DNA of 64,000 nt from assembly GCF_001194135.2 (NCBI RefSeq), contig NC_068996.1:22154134-22218133 (forward strand). Reading direction: 5' to 3'. The stretch comes from Octopus bimaculoides (taxonomy: Eukaryota). The notes beneath the pieces were generated by a model. It was not told where the DNA came from and ran no database searches. It saw only the letters and a program-made list of their open reading frames with translations. Of this stretch, positions 22,201 through 30,925 are shown in pieces. Position 1 is the stretch's first letter, and each line of letters begins with the position of its first letter. The translations under genes were made by a program, and so were the position numbers.

Positions 22201-24782
22201 AAAAATCTTGCAAAACAAAATATATATATATNNNNNNNNNNNNNNNNNNNNNNNNNNNNNNNNNNNNNNNNNNNNNNNNNNNNNNNNNNNNNNNNNNNNN
22301 NNNNATATGCATATATATATGAGAGAAAGAGAGAGACAGAGAAATAATATCAAAAACAAATTATATAATTCAATACAGATGTAGAGTAATATTTATGCAT
22401 TGGTTAAGTAGTACAGATAAAATATATCTATGTGGGGACCTTATGTTTTGCAGTCACACACCACTTTTGCAGGCCTCCTTTCTCAACTTGTTTTTATGCA
22501 AAGAGTAGTGACTATAAAACAAAGGAGCCTCACATGTGTTTGCTCATATTTTTCACTGAAAGCAAACATAATTATGTACATATGTTTTAGCGGATGCATA
22601 ACAGTGTATTTTGAAACCATTAATCCAGACATATTTTTTTCTCTCACTATTTTTTTTAACCTTCTCATCCCTTTCTGTTGAAGAGCATTTACTCCAAACA
22701 TCAAAGACTCTTCCATTTTTCCCCGAGCATCAAACTAATACACCTGATTGTTGTTCCCTCACCTGTCTCTGTCTTCTGTTTTCTGTGCATTAACTCATGC
22801 CAGCATGGACAACAGACGTTGGATGATATATATATATATATAAATATATAATTTAGAGAAAAGAATCAAAGTTCATGAAATCATCTATGAAAATCCACAG
22901 TCACATATAGAAAAATTTAATAAGTAAATACACTAAAAAGAAGTATAATAAAATACAAAGTAAACATCATGAAATAATAATAATATTATTATTTTCATGG
23001 ATGAGTTCACGAACTTTGGTTCTTTTCTCTAAATTATTATTTTATATATTATATACTGTGAAACTTAATTTAATTTTAATTCTTGATAAATTGAATTTGA
23101 GTTTTTACCTGTAAATTTGGATCTTTATCCCTAATATTATTATTATATATATATATATATATATATATAGTTTGTATGAAGAGTAATCCAGAACTTTCAA
23201 ACAGTAATACCAAACAGCAAATAATGGCCAATGGAATTAACTCCCTTGTGCCAATAGTCCACTTTGCATTTTGTCTTGAACAAACGATGAAACAAGTATC
23301 AGATATAATATTAGTCAATGTATTTAACTAAAACCCTTAAAAATAGTACACTAGGAGTCGAATGACAAGAACCAGTGACACAATGTGTGTGTATGCGACC
23401 TCCATATATGGCAACTTGAACAAGGGTGGGTAAATTCTCATCCCAGTGTATGCCTGTATGGAAAAGGCAGATGTAATAACAATGCTGGTCATAATATATA
23501 TATATATATATATATATACGTGTGTGTGTGTGTGTTGGTAGATGGAAGCTGACAGTTTATTGTATGTGTATGGGCGTGTGTTTGTATCTGCTTGACTTGA
23601 CATCATTGAATGGTTTTCAACAAACATCGCTGTCATAGCAGTCTACCATGAAAGCATGTTTGGCATTGTACCGTTCATGTTCAAATGACTTGGAGTAATA
23701 TTACCTTGATTGGAAACAGGTGAGGGTTGGCAACCAGAGGGGCATCCAGCTGTAGAAAAATCTACTTCAATAAATTTTGTTTCACTCTTGCAAGCATGAA
23801 AAATGATCGTCATTCATGTCATCATTTAGCATCAACTTTTCCATGCTTACATGGTTCAGATGAAATTTGTTGAGGCAGATTTTCTATAGCTGGATGCCTT
23901 TCCTCTTGCCAACCTTCACCTATTTCCAGGCAAGGTAAAATTTCCCCATGACTAACATGCTTTTATGGAAGACCAGCAATAAACAATATTACTTGTATGT
24001 TGGTATGTTTGTTTATAACTGTCACATGATGTAGACAAGATTACACATGCATAAATAGATACATACATACATATATATATATATATGTAACTGATGCAGT
24101 TGTGGTAAGAAGTTAGCTTCCCAATCACATGGGCAAATGTCTTCTATCATAACCTGAAGCCAACCAAAGCCGTGTGAGTGGATTTCGTAGATGGAAACGG
24201 AAAGAAGCCCATCATGTGTATCTCTTTGTGTATGTGTTTATGTCCCCATAACTTAACGGTTCAGTATAGACGCTGATAAAATAAGTACCAATAAAGAAAT
24301 TGTGAGGTCAATTCATTCCACTAAAAATTCAATGTGGTGCTCCAGCATGGCTGCAGTCTGATGACTGAAACAAGTAAAAGGAAAAGAAGGGAACACACAC
24401 ACACACACACACACACATACGCAATGCTTCTACACAGTTTCCATCAACTAAATTCACTCACAAGGCTTTAGTCAGCCAAGGGCTATTATAGGAAATGCTT
24501 TTCCCAGCCATGTGCTTAGGACTGAACCAAAACCACACAGTTGGGAAGCAAGCTTCTGAACCACACGGTCATTTTTGCATTTAGTGGACATGAAAACAAC
24601 AACAAAGTTGATTGTGATGATTGTTTATAATTTACCTCAACTGCAACAAACCATTTGCACATCAGTTCAGTAATACTTTTCTTTCGTTTGCAAATGTAGA
24701 ATAATAAATCTGTTTATTTATTTATTATTTTTTTTTCTACTTTTTTCAGCCCACTGGAAAAGCCCTGAATGTCTCTGGTTGA
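4010..24782 (+). CDS. TRAPPC11: Trafficking protein particle complex subunit 11 (gryzun/foie gras homolog), 3' part; spliced gene span
   Basis: Twelve GT-AG exons with matching phases translate to sequence colinear with recalled human TRAPPC11 C-terminal half (YNQFCV..LVPGKT, WQGGGGDA, HEPPAL.NE, SECFCL, EPSDAFMFSG.KQ, IPTSIFVK). 5' exons lie outside the window; one internal exon is missing. Confidence 0.95.
4531..4734 (+). mobile_element. (ATG)n-tailed retroposon 3' end (LINE 3' UTR/SINE family G), representative copy
   Basis: aggaagggcatccagctgtagaaa...aacccatgccagcatggaa...gttaaatgatgatgat. Further copies near 9200, 12530(-), 15980(-), 18400, 23690, 23840(-), 28480, 29480, 35030, 48030(-), 56810 and 61000. 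Confidence 0.75.
4806..4978 (+). CDS. TRAPPC11: TRAPPC11 exon (ITTIVLQIG...YWLGAGGDAV...IPITK), phase 0-2
   Basis: tatag|ATT acceptor, AA|gtaagg donor; matches recalled ITSVDL...WQGGGGDA. Confidence 0.92.
5212..5380 (+). mobile_element. Short RTE-like LINE remnant
   Basis: Translates WKWIRHVQRMDDSR, resembling RTE W.W.GHV.RM.D.R. Confidence 0.4.
6441..6671 (+). mobile_element. tRNA-derived SINE family B, full copy
   Basis: A-box-like tgccagaaacgttagc, B box gagttcaaattcc, core cctttcatcctttcggggtcgataaattaagtaccag. Confidence 0.85.
6857..6982 (+). CDS. TRAPPC11: TRAPPC11 exon (IIPRHARLDIKVIHDSPSLLNEFY...SDI), phase 2-2
   Basis: ttacag|G acceptor, AG|gtaaat donor; matches recalled HEPPALTNEMY. 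Confidence 0.92.
8295..8344 (+). CDS. TRAPPC11: TRAPPC11 exon (LTVEVQDASETTSEQT), phase 2-1
   Basis: tttcag|T acceptor, A|gtatgt donor; phases link neighbouring exons. Confidence 0.85.
8645..8985 (-). mobile_element. tRNA-derived SINE family C
   Basis: Head ggcacatggcatagtggttaagg, core tgctccagtccactcagctg, tail gagaactac(a/g)ttaagggtac; related copy at ~17460-17790 (-). Confidence 0.75.
9581..9920 (+). mobile_element. tRNA-derived SINE family A
   Basis: tggct(g/t)tgtggtaag head, gggttcagtccc B box, aaagccttgtgagtggatttggtagatggaaactgaaagaagcc core, ccagcatggcc..cagtcaaatgactgaaac tail. Confidence 0.85.
9976..10314 (-). mobile_element. tRNA-derived SINE family A (inverted relative to 9581)
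   Basis: Reverse-complement match to family A head and tail. Confidence 0.8.
10900..11165 (+). mobile_element. SINE family A, 5'-truncated
   Basis: Core and tail motifs present; head missing. Confidence 0.8.
11777..11865 (+). CDS. TRAPPC11: TRAPPC11 exon (HICVQPKYEG...ELGKLDVEEE), phase 1-0
   Basis: ttttcag|CA acceptor, GAA|gtatgt donor. Confidence 0.88.
11964..12023 (+). CDS. TRAPPC11: TRAPPC11 exon (ITQNLYVKCMEVSLKTINFK), phase 0-0
   Basis: tttcag|ATC acceptor, AAA|gtaagt donor; matches recalled LYVRC. Confidence 0.88.
12763..12991. mobile_element. piggyBac-type MITE family P1, copy 2
   Basis: TTAA-CCCTTTAGCATT...AATGCTAAAGGA-TTAA. Confidence 0.75.
13001..13236 (-). mobile_element. tRNA-derived SINE family B, full copy
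   Basis: Close reverse complement of 6441-6671. Confidence 0.85.
13237..14005. other. Assembly gap (769 N), the largest of ten gaps
   Basis: Run of N. Confidence 1.
15116..15223 (+). CDS. TRAPPC11: TRAPPC11 exon (FEHIESVYSGEHF...STWPVEIETSELLL), phase 0-0
   Basis: tttcag|TTT acceptor, TTA|gtaaga donor; matches recalled FEHLERVY...SPW...SSELQL. Confidence 0.92.
16362..16413 (+). CDS. TRAPPC11: TRAPPC11 exon (KPIIKHEDEEYESQLKN), phase 0-1
   Basis: ttccccag|AAA acceptor, G|gtaaaa donor; matches recalled ESQV. Confidence 0.85.
16525..16747. mobile_element. piggyBac-type MITE family P1, copy 3
   Basis: Same internal sequence; ends GCTAAAGGG-TTAA. Confidence 0.75.
17176..17281 (+). CDS. TRAPPC11: TRAPPC11 exon (VIARNECATECICLQ...LGSYKLHWRR), phase 1-2
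   Basis: ttaccag|TG acceptor, CG|gtatgt donor; matches recalled SECFCL...GHYIISWKR. Confidence 0.92.
18816..19050 (+). CDS. TRAPPC11: TRAPPC11 exon (KTENDDGML...EPSDSFMFSGNKQ), phase 2-0
   Basis: tttgtag|G acceptor, CAG|gtttgt donor; strong match to recalled EPSDAFMFSGLKQ. Confidence 0.95.
19078..19473 (-). mobile_element. SINE family A, full and little-diverged
   Basis: Complete head, core and tail on the - strand, beginning about 27 nt after the exon donor at 19050. Confidence 0.88.
20087..20428 (+). mobile_element. tRNA-derived SINE with family C head/core but a different 3' region
   Basis: ggcacatggctcagtggttagagc...gagttcgaatcc B box; core cttgagcaagacac...tgctccagttcactcagctg. Confidence 0.8.
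21048..21233 (+). CDS. TRAPPC11: TRAPPC11 exon (IHFRIPPIGQYQLTYNLFPL...LIPSHIFIK), phase 0-0
   Basis: tttcag|ATA acceptor, AAG|gtaaat donor; matches recalled YNFYPL...IPTSIFVK. Confidence 0.95.
22851..23034. mobile_element. Small MITE with 44 bp TIRs and TA TSD, next to a (TA)n tract
   Basis: atttagagaaaagaatcaaagttcatgaaatcatctatgaaaat versus reverse complement of attttcatggatgagttcacgaactttggttcttttctctaaat. Confidence 0.7.
24095..24385 (+). mobile_element. SINE family A
   Basis: Head, core and tail motifs. Confidence 0.75.
24421..24570 (-). mobile_element. SINE family A 5' half, inverted
   Basis: Reverse complement of head and core. Confidence 0.7.
24750..24782 (+). CDS. TRAPPC11: TRAPPC11 last coding exon (PTGKALNVSG*)
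   Basis: Long pyrimidine tract ttttttcag|CCC, TGA at 24780-24782; corresponds to recalled human PQGR... tail. Confidence 0.82.
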   Translation, partial: PTGKALNVSG

Positions 24783-24826
24783 GAAAATTATCAAGAAATT
24801 TAGAAAAATACCAAGAAACAACAACA

Positions 24827-24832
24827 AATAAA
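24827..24832 (+). terminator. Candidate polyadenylation signal of TRAPPC11
   Basis: AATAAA 44 nt after the stop; common hexamer in AT-rich DNA. Confidence 0.4.
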
Positions 24833-25061
24833 TAATTAAAAAAATGAAAGAAAATACAACAAAAATATATCCATCATTTGTAACTTTAGAACTATAAACT
24901 TTCACTGGATTTTCATTTATTAAATAGGTAAAAAGAAAAAAAAAGATGATTAAAAATCTGAAGTTACATTTTGTGTATTTGGGAGCTGCTTACTGTACTG
25001 TAAATACATTATATAATAGTTATTGAAAATTTTCTATTATTATTATTATTATCATTATTAA

Positions 25062-27095
25062 GGTGACAAGCTGGCAGAATCGTTAGCATGCTGGACGAAA
25101 TGCTTGGCAGTATTTCACCTGTTGCTACATTCTGAATTCAAATCCCACCGAGGTCAACTTTGCCTTTCATCCTTTTGGGGTCGATAAATCAAGTACCAGT
25201 GAAATACTGTCCCCTTCCCCCAACATTTCAGGCCTTGTGCCTCCAGTAGAAAGGATCGTTATTATTATTAGTATTATTACCATTAAGGCAGCAAGCTAGC
25301 AGAATCGTTAGTATGCTGGACAAAATGCTTAGTGACATTTCTTTCTCCTCGTGTTCTATGTTCAAACTCCGCAGAGGTCAACTTTGCCTTTCATCCTTTG
25401 AGGACCAATAAAATGAGTTGAGCACTGGGATCTTTGTGATTAACAACCCTCTCCCCCAAATTTTCAGGCCTTTTCCCTATAGTAGTAAAGATTATTATTA
25501 TTATTATTAAGGTGGCGAGCTGGCAGAATCATTAGCACACCAGACAAAATGCTTAGCAGCATTTCATCTGTCTTTATGTCCTGAGTTCAAATTCCACCAA
25601 GGTTGGCTTTGCCTTTCATCCTTTTAGGGTCAATAAATTAAATACCTGTGAAGTACTAATGTACATGATTCCTCATCTCTCAAATATAGAACTGTATTGT
25701 TATAAACTTTATTATTATTTCTAGGACAGCAGATTAGCAGATTCATAAGAGCATTGAGGAAAAAAAATGCTTTGTGATTTTTGTTCTGGCTCTTTACATT
25801 TTGAGTTCAAATCCTATTGAGGTCAACTTTGCTTTTCATTCTTTTGGGGTCAATAAATTAAAAATACCGGTTGAACACTGGGGTTCAATGTAATTGACTA
25901 GTCCCCTCCCCACAAATTTCAGGTCTTGTGCCTATAGTAAAAGCGATTATTATTATTATTTTTATTGTTATGCTGAGGTTGACTTTGCCTTTCATCCTTT
26001 CAAGGTCAATTAGTGCCATTTGAGCACTAAGGTCAATATAATCGACTTACCCCTCCCCCANNNNNNNNNNNNNNNNNNNNNNNNNNNNNNNNNNNNNNNN
26101 NNNNNNNNNNNNNNNNNNNNNNNNNNNNNNNNNNNNNNNNNNNNNNNNNNNNNNNNNNNNNNNNNNNNNNNNNNNNNNNNNNNNNNNNNNNNNNNNNNNN
26201 NNNNNNNNNNNNNNNNNNNNNNNNNNNNNNNNNNNNNNNNNNNNNNNNNNNNNNNNNNNNNNNNNNNNNNNNNNNNNNNNNNNNNNNNNNNNNNNNNNNN
26301 NNNNNNNNNNNNNNNNNNNNNNNNNNNNNNNNNNNNNNNNNNNNNNNNNNNNNNNNNNNNNNNNNNNNNNNNNNNNNNNNNNNNNNNNNNNNNNNNNNNN
26401 NNNNNNNNNNNNNNNNNNNNNNNNNNNNNNNNNNNNNNNNNNNNNNNNNNNNNCTCTAAAAGAAATGGAAAAACTTTCAAAATACAAAGACCTGGAAATA
26501 GAGATAACTCGAATGTAGAATCTAAAAACAGAAACAATTCCTATCATAGTAGGTGCCTTAGGTATAATAAAAAAATATTCAGACAAATACATAACAAAAA
26601 TACCAGGACTTACAAATATATATAACATACAGAAAATTGCACTACTGGGTACTGCACACATTCTACGCAAAACACTTTCAATACAGTAAACATAAGAGCA
26701 CCACAGCAAACCACAGCACATACCCAAGGTGCACAGAGCTGCGCTCGGTAGTGAAGTGAAAGCACGTTATAAAAATAAAACTACTGAATAATAATAATAA
26801 TAAAAAAATTCTGCCGAGGTCGACTTTACCCTTCATCCTTTCGGCTGTTGAACACGGGTGTCAATGTAATCAACTCATCCCCCTCCTCCAAAAATTGCTG
26901 CCTTTTTGGTAAAACTTGTAACTATTATTATTATTGTTAAGTGTTTAATGCAGTGAGCTGAAAGAATAATTAGCACACCAAACAAAATGCTTAGCAGCAT
27001 TTCATCTGTTTTTACTTTCTGAGGTCAATAAAATAAGTACCAGCCCCTCATAAACTTTTGGCCCTGTGCCAAAATTTCAAACTATTAATATTATT
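25062..27095 (+). repeat. Head-to-tail array of at least 7 family B SINE copies with (ATT)n tails
   Basis: Units begin near 25062, 25287, 25511, 25724, 25972, 26806 and 26945; mutually diverged, some truncated. Confidence 0.85.
26454..26803 (+). mobile_element. R4/Dong-clade non-LTR retrotransposon 3' end (restriction-like endonuclease C-terminus, 3' UTR, (AAT)n tail)
   Basis: 26456-26689 translates LKEMEKLSKYKDLEIEITRM*NLKTETIPIIVGALG...IQKIALLGTAHILRKTLSIQ*, with TAG in place of the usual W. Confidence 0.85.
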
Positions 27096-27364
27096 ATTAT
27101 CTATGGATCTTTTCTTATTTAAAAGTAAATTGCTTATATCATTGCTTCATTTAATGGTGGTGGGTGGAGATTATTAATTATACAAGGATTATTTATGCAA
27201 CTTGAAGAAAGTGAAATCTAAAATGTGAATGATATGTGTATAGTAATATTAATTTAAAACTTTGTTTCAATTCCAGTATCCTAATAAAAATATGTTACCA
27301 GTTGTGTTTTGTGTCAGTATTTCTTTAACAATTTTCTAAGAACACATAGAAGGAAAAAATGTTT

Positions 27365-27730
27365 AAGACACAGGTGTGGCTGTGTAGTAAGAAGCTTGCT
27401 TCTCAATCACAAAGTTCTAGGTTCAGTCCCACTGCATGACACCTTGGGCAAATGTTTTCTACTATAGTCTCAGGCCAACCAAAGCCTTATGAGTGGATTT
27501 GGTAAATGGAAACTGAAAGAAACCAGATATGTATATATCTATATCTGTGTCTGTGTTTGTCCCACCACCACCACCACTTGCATCCATGTTACTAAACAGT
27601 TCAGCAAAAGAGACCAATAGAATAAGTACCAGGCTTAAAAAATAAGCCCTAGGGCCGATTCATTCAACTAAAAAAATTCAAAGCAGTGCCCCAGCATGGC
27701 TGCAATCTAATGACTGAAACGAGTAAAAGA
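27365..27730 (+). mobile_element. SINE family A, full copy
   Basis: Head, core and tail motifs. Confidence 0.85.
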
Positions 27731-27812
27731 GAATTCTAGTTTCTGTATAAAAACTAGCTCCTTGCACAGAACATGTAATACTTCTATATAGAGAGTATAT
27801 AATAATATATTA

Positions 27813-28054
27813 CAATTAAACCTTGGGAGAGGCATTATGCCGGTAATAAACACACGCACTGGTTCAGTCCTTTATTAATTTATAAACAGTATTTAATTTT
27901 TTTTGTTAAATCATTTCATTGCACTCTTGAAGAGATTGCAAGAGTGCAATGAAATGATTTAACAAAAAAACTAAATACTGTTTATAAATTAATAAAGGAC
28001 TGAACCAGTGCGTGTGTTTATTACCAGCATAATGCCTCTCCCAAAGTTTAATTG
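27813..28054. mobile_element. Fully palindromic MITE (117/116 bp arms, 9 nt spacer), TA TSD
   Basis: TA|CAATTAAAC...GTTTAATTG|TA; arms differ by about three substitutions and one indel. Confidence 0.85.
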
Positions 28055-30564
28055 TATTTCTTTCAACACATGTATCCACATCAAGAATCTTGCACACGAA
28101 ATATAATAATATATTATTATTTCTCTATTCAAAAGGGATTCTTTTTTTTCAATATTTGCACACTATTATTTATAATAGCATGCAAATATTGCACTTCGAG
28201 TTCCATTGTTAATGATGAATTATTTCACATCTCTCAAAGTTTCTAAAATTGATAGGGAAATTCAAAGGATTGCTTTGGTGTAATGGTAGAACACCTATCA
28301 TGTTCACAGATGTGAGTTTGAGTCTTGCCAGCAACCTTTGAATTTTTTGTAAGGTGCATAAAGAAGTGCTGATCTCTAATCACAGAGGGAATCTGTGGAA
28401 GAGATAGACCTATGAAGACATGAGATGAGGTGATGAAATATGATCTTTAGTTGTTGAGTCTCATGGAGGTGATGACAAATGACCACAACTTGATTTGCTT
28501 GAGAAGACTCATCAAGCTAAGTGAAATCATTGAAATTGTGGTCATGGCTAGTACTGGTGACATGTAAAAGACACCCACTACACTGTGGAGTGGTTGACAT
28601 TAGAAAGGGGATCCAGCTACAGAAACCAAGCTAAAACAAACTGGAGCCTGGTGCAGCTCTCTGGCTGACCAGCTTCATTCAAAACCTCTAACCCATATCA
28701 GCATGGAAAACAGGTTAAATGATGATGATGAAAGGGGTTCTTTTAATTCAATGTTTACATGCTACTTTACTGTTAACTTTTACTTTGAATTTTATCATTT
28801 TTTTTTTATATATAGGTTATAGTCTATAATAATTCTATGTATGATGATATATTTTTAACTTCATTCTAAAACCAAAAACAGAACAAACTGAAGGATCATG
28901 TGTTCAAGCTAGTTAGCTTCACAGTAGTAAGAAACAAAATGTTCTCTCACTCAGACCATTTATATATCATGTCATTATTAAATTGCTGAACTGTTGATAT
29001 TTTTCCACTCAAATTTTTTTACAGTTGAGATCTTATAAGACTGAAACATATCACTATATCTACTTACCACTGCATGTCTCCCATTTCGTTTTTCTATCAA
29101 TTTCAACTGTCTTCCTTCTGGGCAAGATTCATCATTAACAGTAATGACTTTCCTTTTCATTGTGTGAAACTCCTGTAACTACAAATTCTTTTTAGCTCAC
29201 TTCATTATGTATGGTTGCACACACTTTTAATTTAAGACTATATTTAATTTAATATTTAAGCACAGGTGTAGCTGTGTGATTAGAAGTTTGCTTTCCTATC
29301 ACATGGTCTCAGGTTCAGTCTCACTGCATGGCATCTTGGGCAAGTGTTGTCTGCTATAGCCATGAACTGACTAATGCCTTGTAAATGAATTTAGCAGATA
29401 GAAACTGAAAGAATCCTGTCACATGTGTATGTTGCTTTCTTCTTTTCTAACAACATGTTAGAGTTATGTAGGTGTCATCACACAACCTGTGGCTTTTGTT
29501 TCCAATTTTCTAAGACATATCTGGTCATGGGGAAATATTAACTTACTTGGAAACAGGTAAGGGTTGTAGACAGGAAGAGCATTCATTCATGGAAAATCTG
29601 CTTCAACAAAAATTTCATCTGACCAATACAAGCATGGCAAAGTGGACATTAATTACACAATGATGATGATGATGTGTATGGTGATGGTTAATGTTGTAGT
29701 GATAGTACAGCTAAGCAGTTAAGAAATTTGCAACAACAAGGTCCCAGGTTCAATCCCATTGTTCGATATCCTGTTCAAATGTCATCTATAGTTTGATCAA
29801 TCCTTATATTCTGAATGGAAACTGTGTTGAAGCCCATTAAATAGATTGTAACTACAATTCATAAAGTACTGCCTAGTCTCTGTGTCATGCCTGAGACCTG
29901 AGATTTATGTTAAATTTACATATGTCTACAGAATGCTTCGCCTTACATATTCGATGACCAACTGTCTGAATAATTGGTGGAGCAGCTAGGACAAAGTAGC
30001 ACTCATTTGTTCAGCATAGGCATAAGGATATAATACAAAAAAAAGGATACAAATAAAAATAAAAAGATAAATAAGGAGGAAGAAGAAAGCAAAGACATAA
30101 GTATGACATTAAACATTAATAAAAAAAAAAAATATTAAAAAAGCATAGAAATATGAAATGAAACAGTAACAAAGAATATGTACCAGTAAGAAGTTTGCAT
30201 TCCAGCTATATGGTTCAGTCTCATTGTATGGCACCTTGGGCAAATGTCTTCTATTATAGCCTTGTGCCAATCAAAGCCTTATGAGTGGATGTTAGATGGA
30301 AATTGAAAGAAGCCCATCATCATTCAACCACTACTGTGGTTGAATATATTCTTAAGTCCACCATTTTGTCAATCGCAGCAGCTTCCAAGCTTCACCACTA
30401 ATTCAGTTCTCAACTAAACTGCAAATTGTTAATAGTTTTAAAGAGGACATCTCCTCAGCTACACTTTGGCATAAATAGTTTGAGATTTGGTTCAGTAGAG
30501 AAAAAGTTACATCAGAATATCTGCGACCATAAGGCAGATATTCATCTTCAGCTAACATAAACTT

Positions 30565-30925
30565 ATTGTTGGCACGACGTCGAGGGTTCCAGTTGATCCA
30601 ATCAACGGAACAGCCTGCTCGTGAAATTAACGTGCAAGTGGCTGAGCACTCCACAGGCATGTGTACCCTTAACGTAGTTCTCAAGGATATTCAGTGTGAC
30701 ACAGTGTGACAAGGCTGACCCTTTGAATTACAGGCGCAACAGAAACAGGAAGTAAGAGTGAGAGAAAGTTATGGTGGAAGAGTACAGCAGGGTTCGCCAC
30801 CATCCCCTGCCGGAGCATCGTGGAACTTTAGGTGTTTTCGCTCACAATGCCAGTCTGGGAATCGAAACCGCGATCTTATGACCGCGAGTCCACTGCCCTA
30901 ACCACTGGGCCATTGCACCTCCACA
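30565..30925 (-). mobile_element. tRNA-derived SINE with family C tail but a different middle
   Basis: Head ggtgcaatggcccagtggttagggc...gtttcgattccc; tail shared with the 8645 copy. Confidence 0.8.

Noticed and set aside
25062-27095. CRISPR-like or satellite array
   Set aside because: Units are ~200 bp SINEs with Pol III boxes and ATT tails, with no repeat-spacer pattern or cas genes, in eukaryotic DNA.
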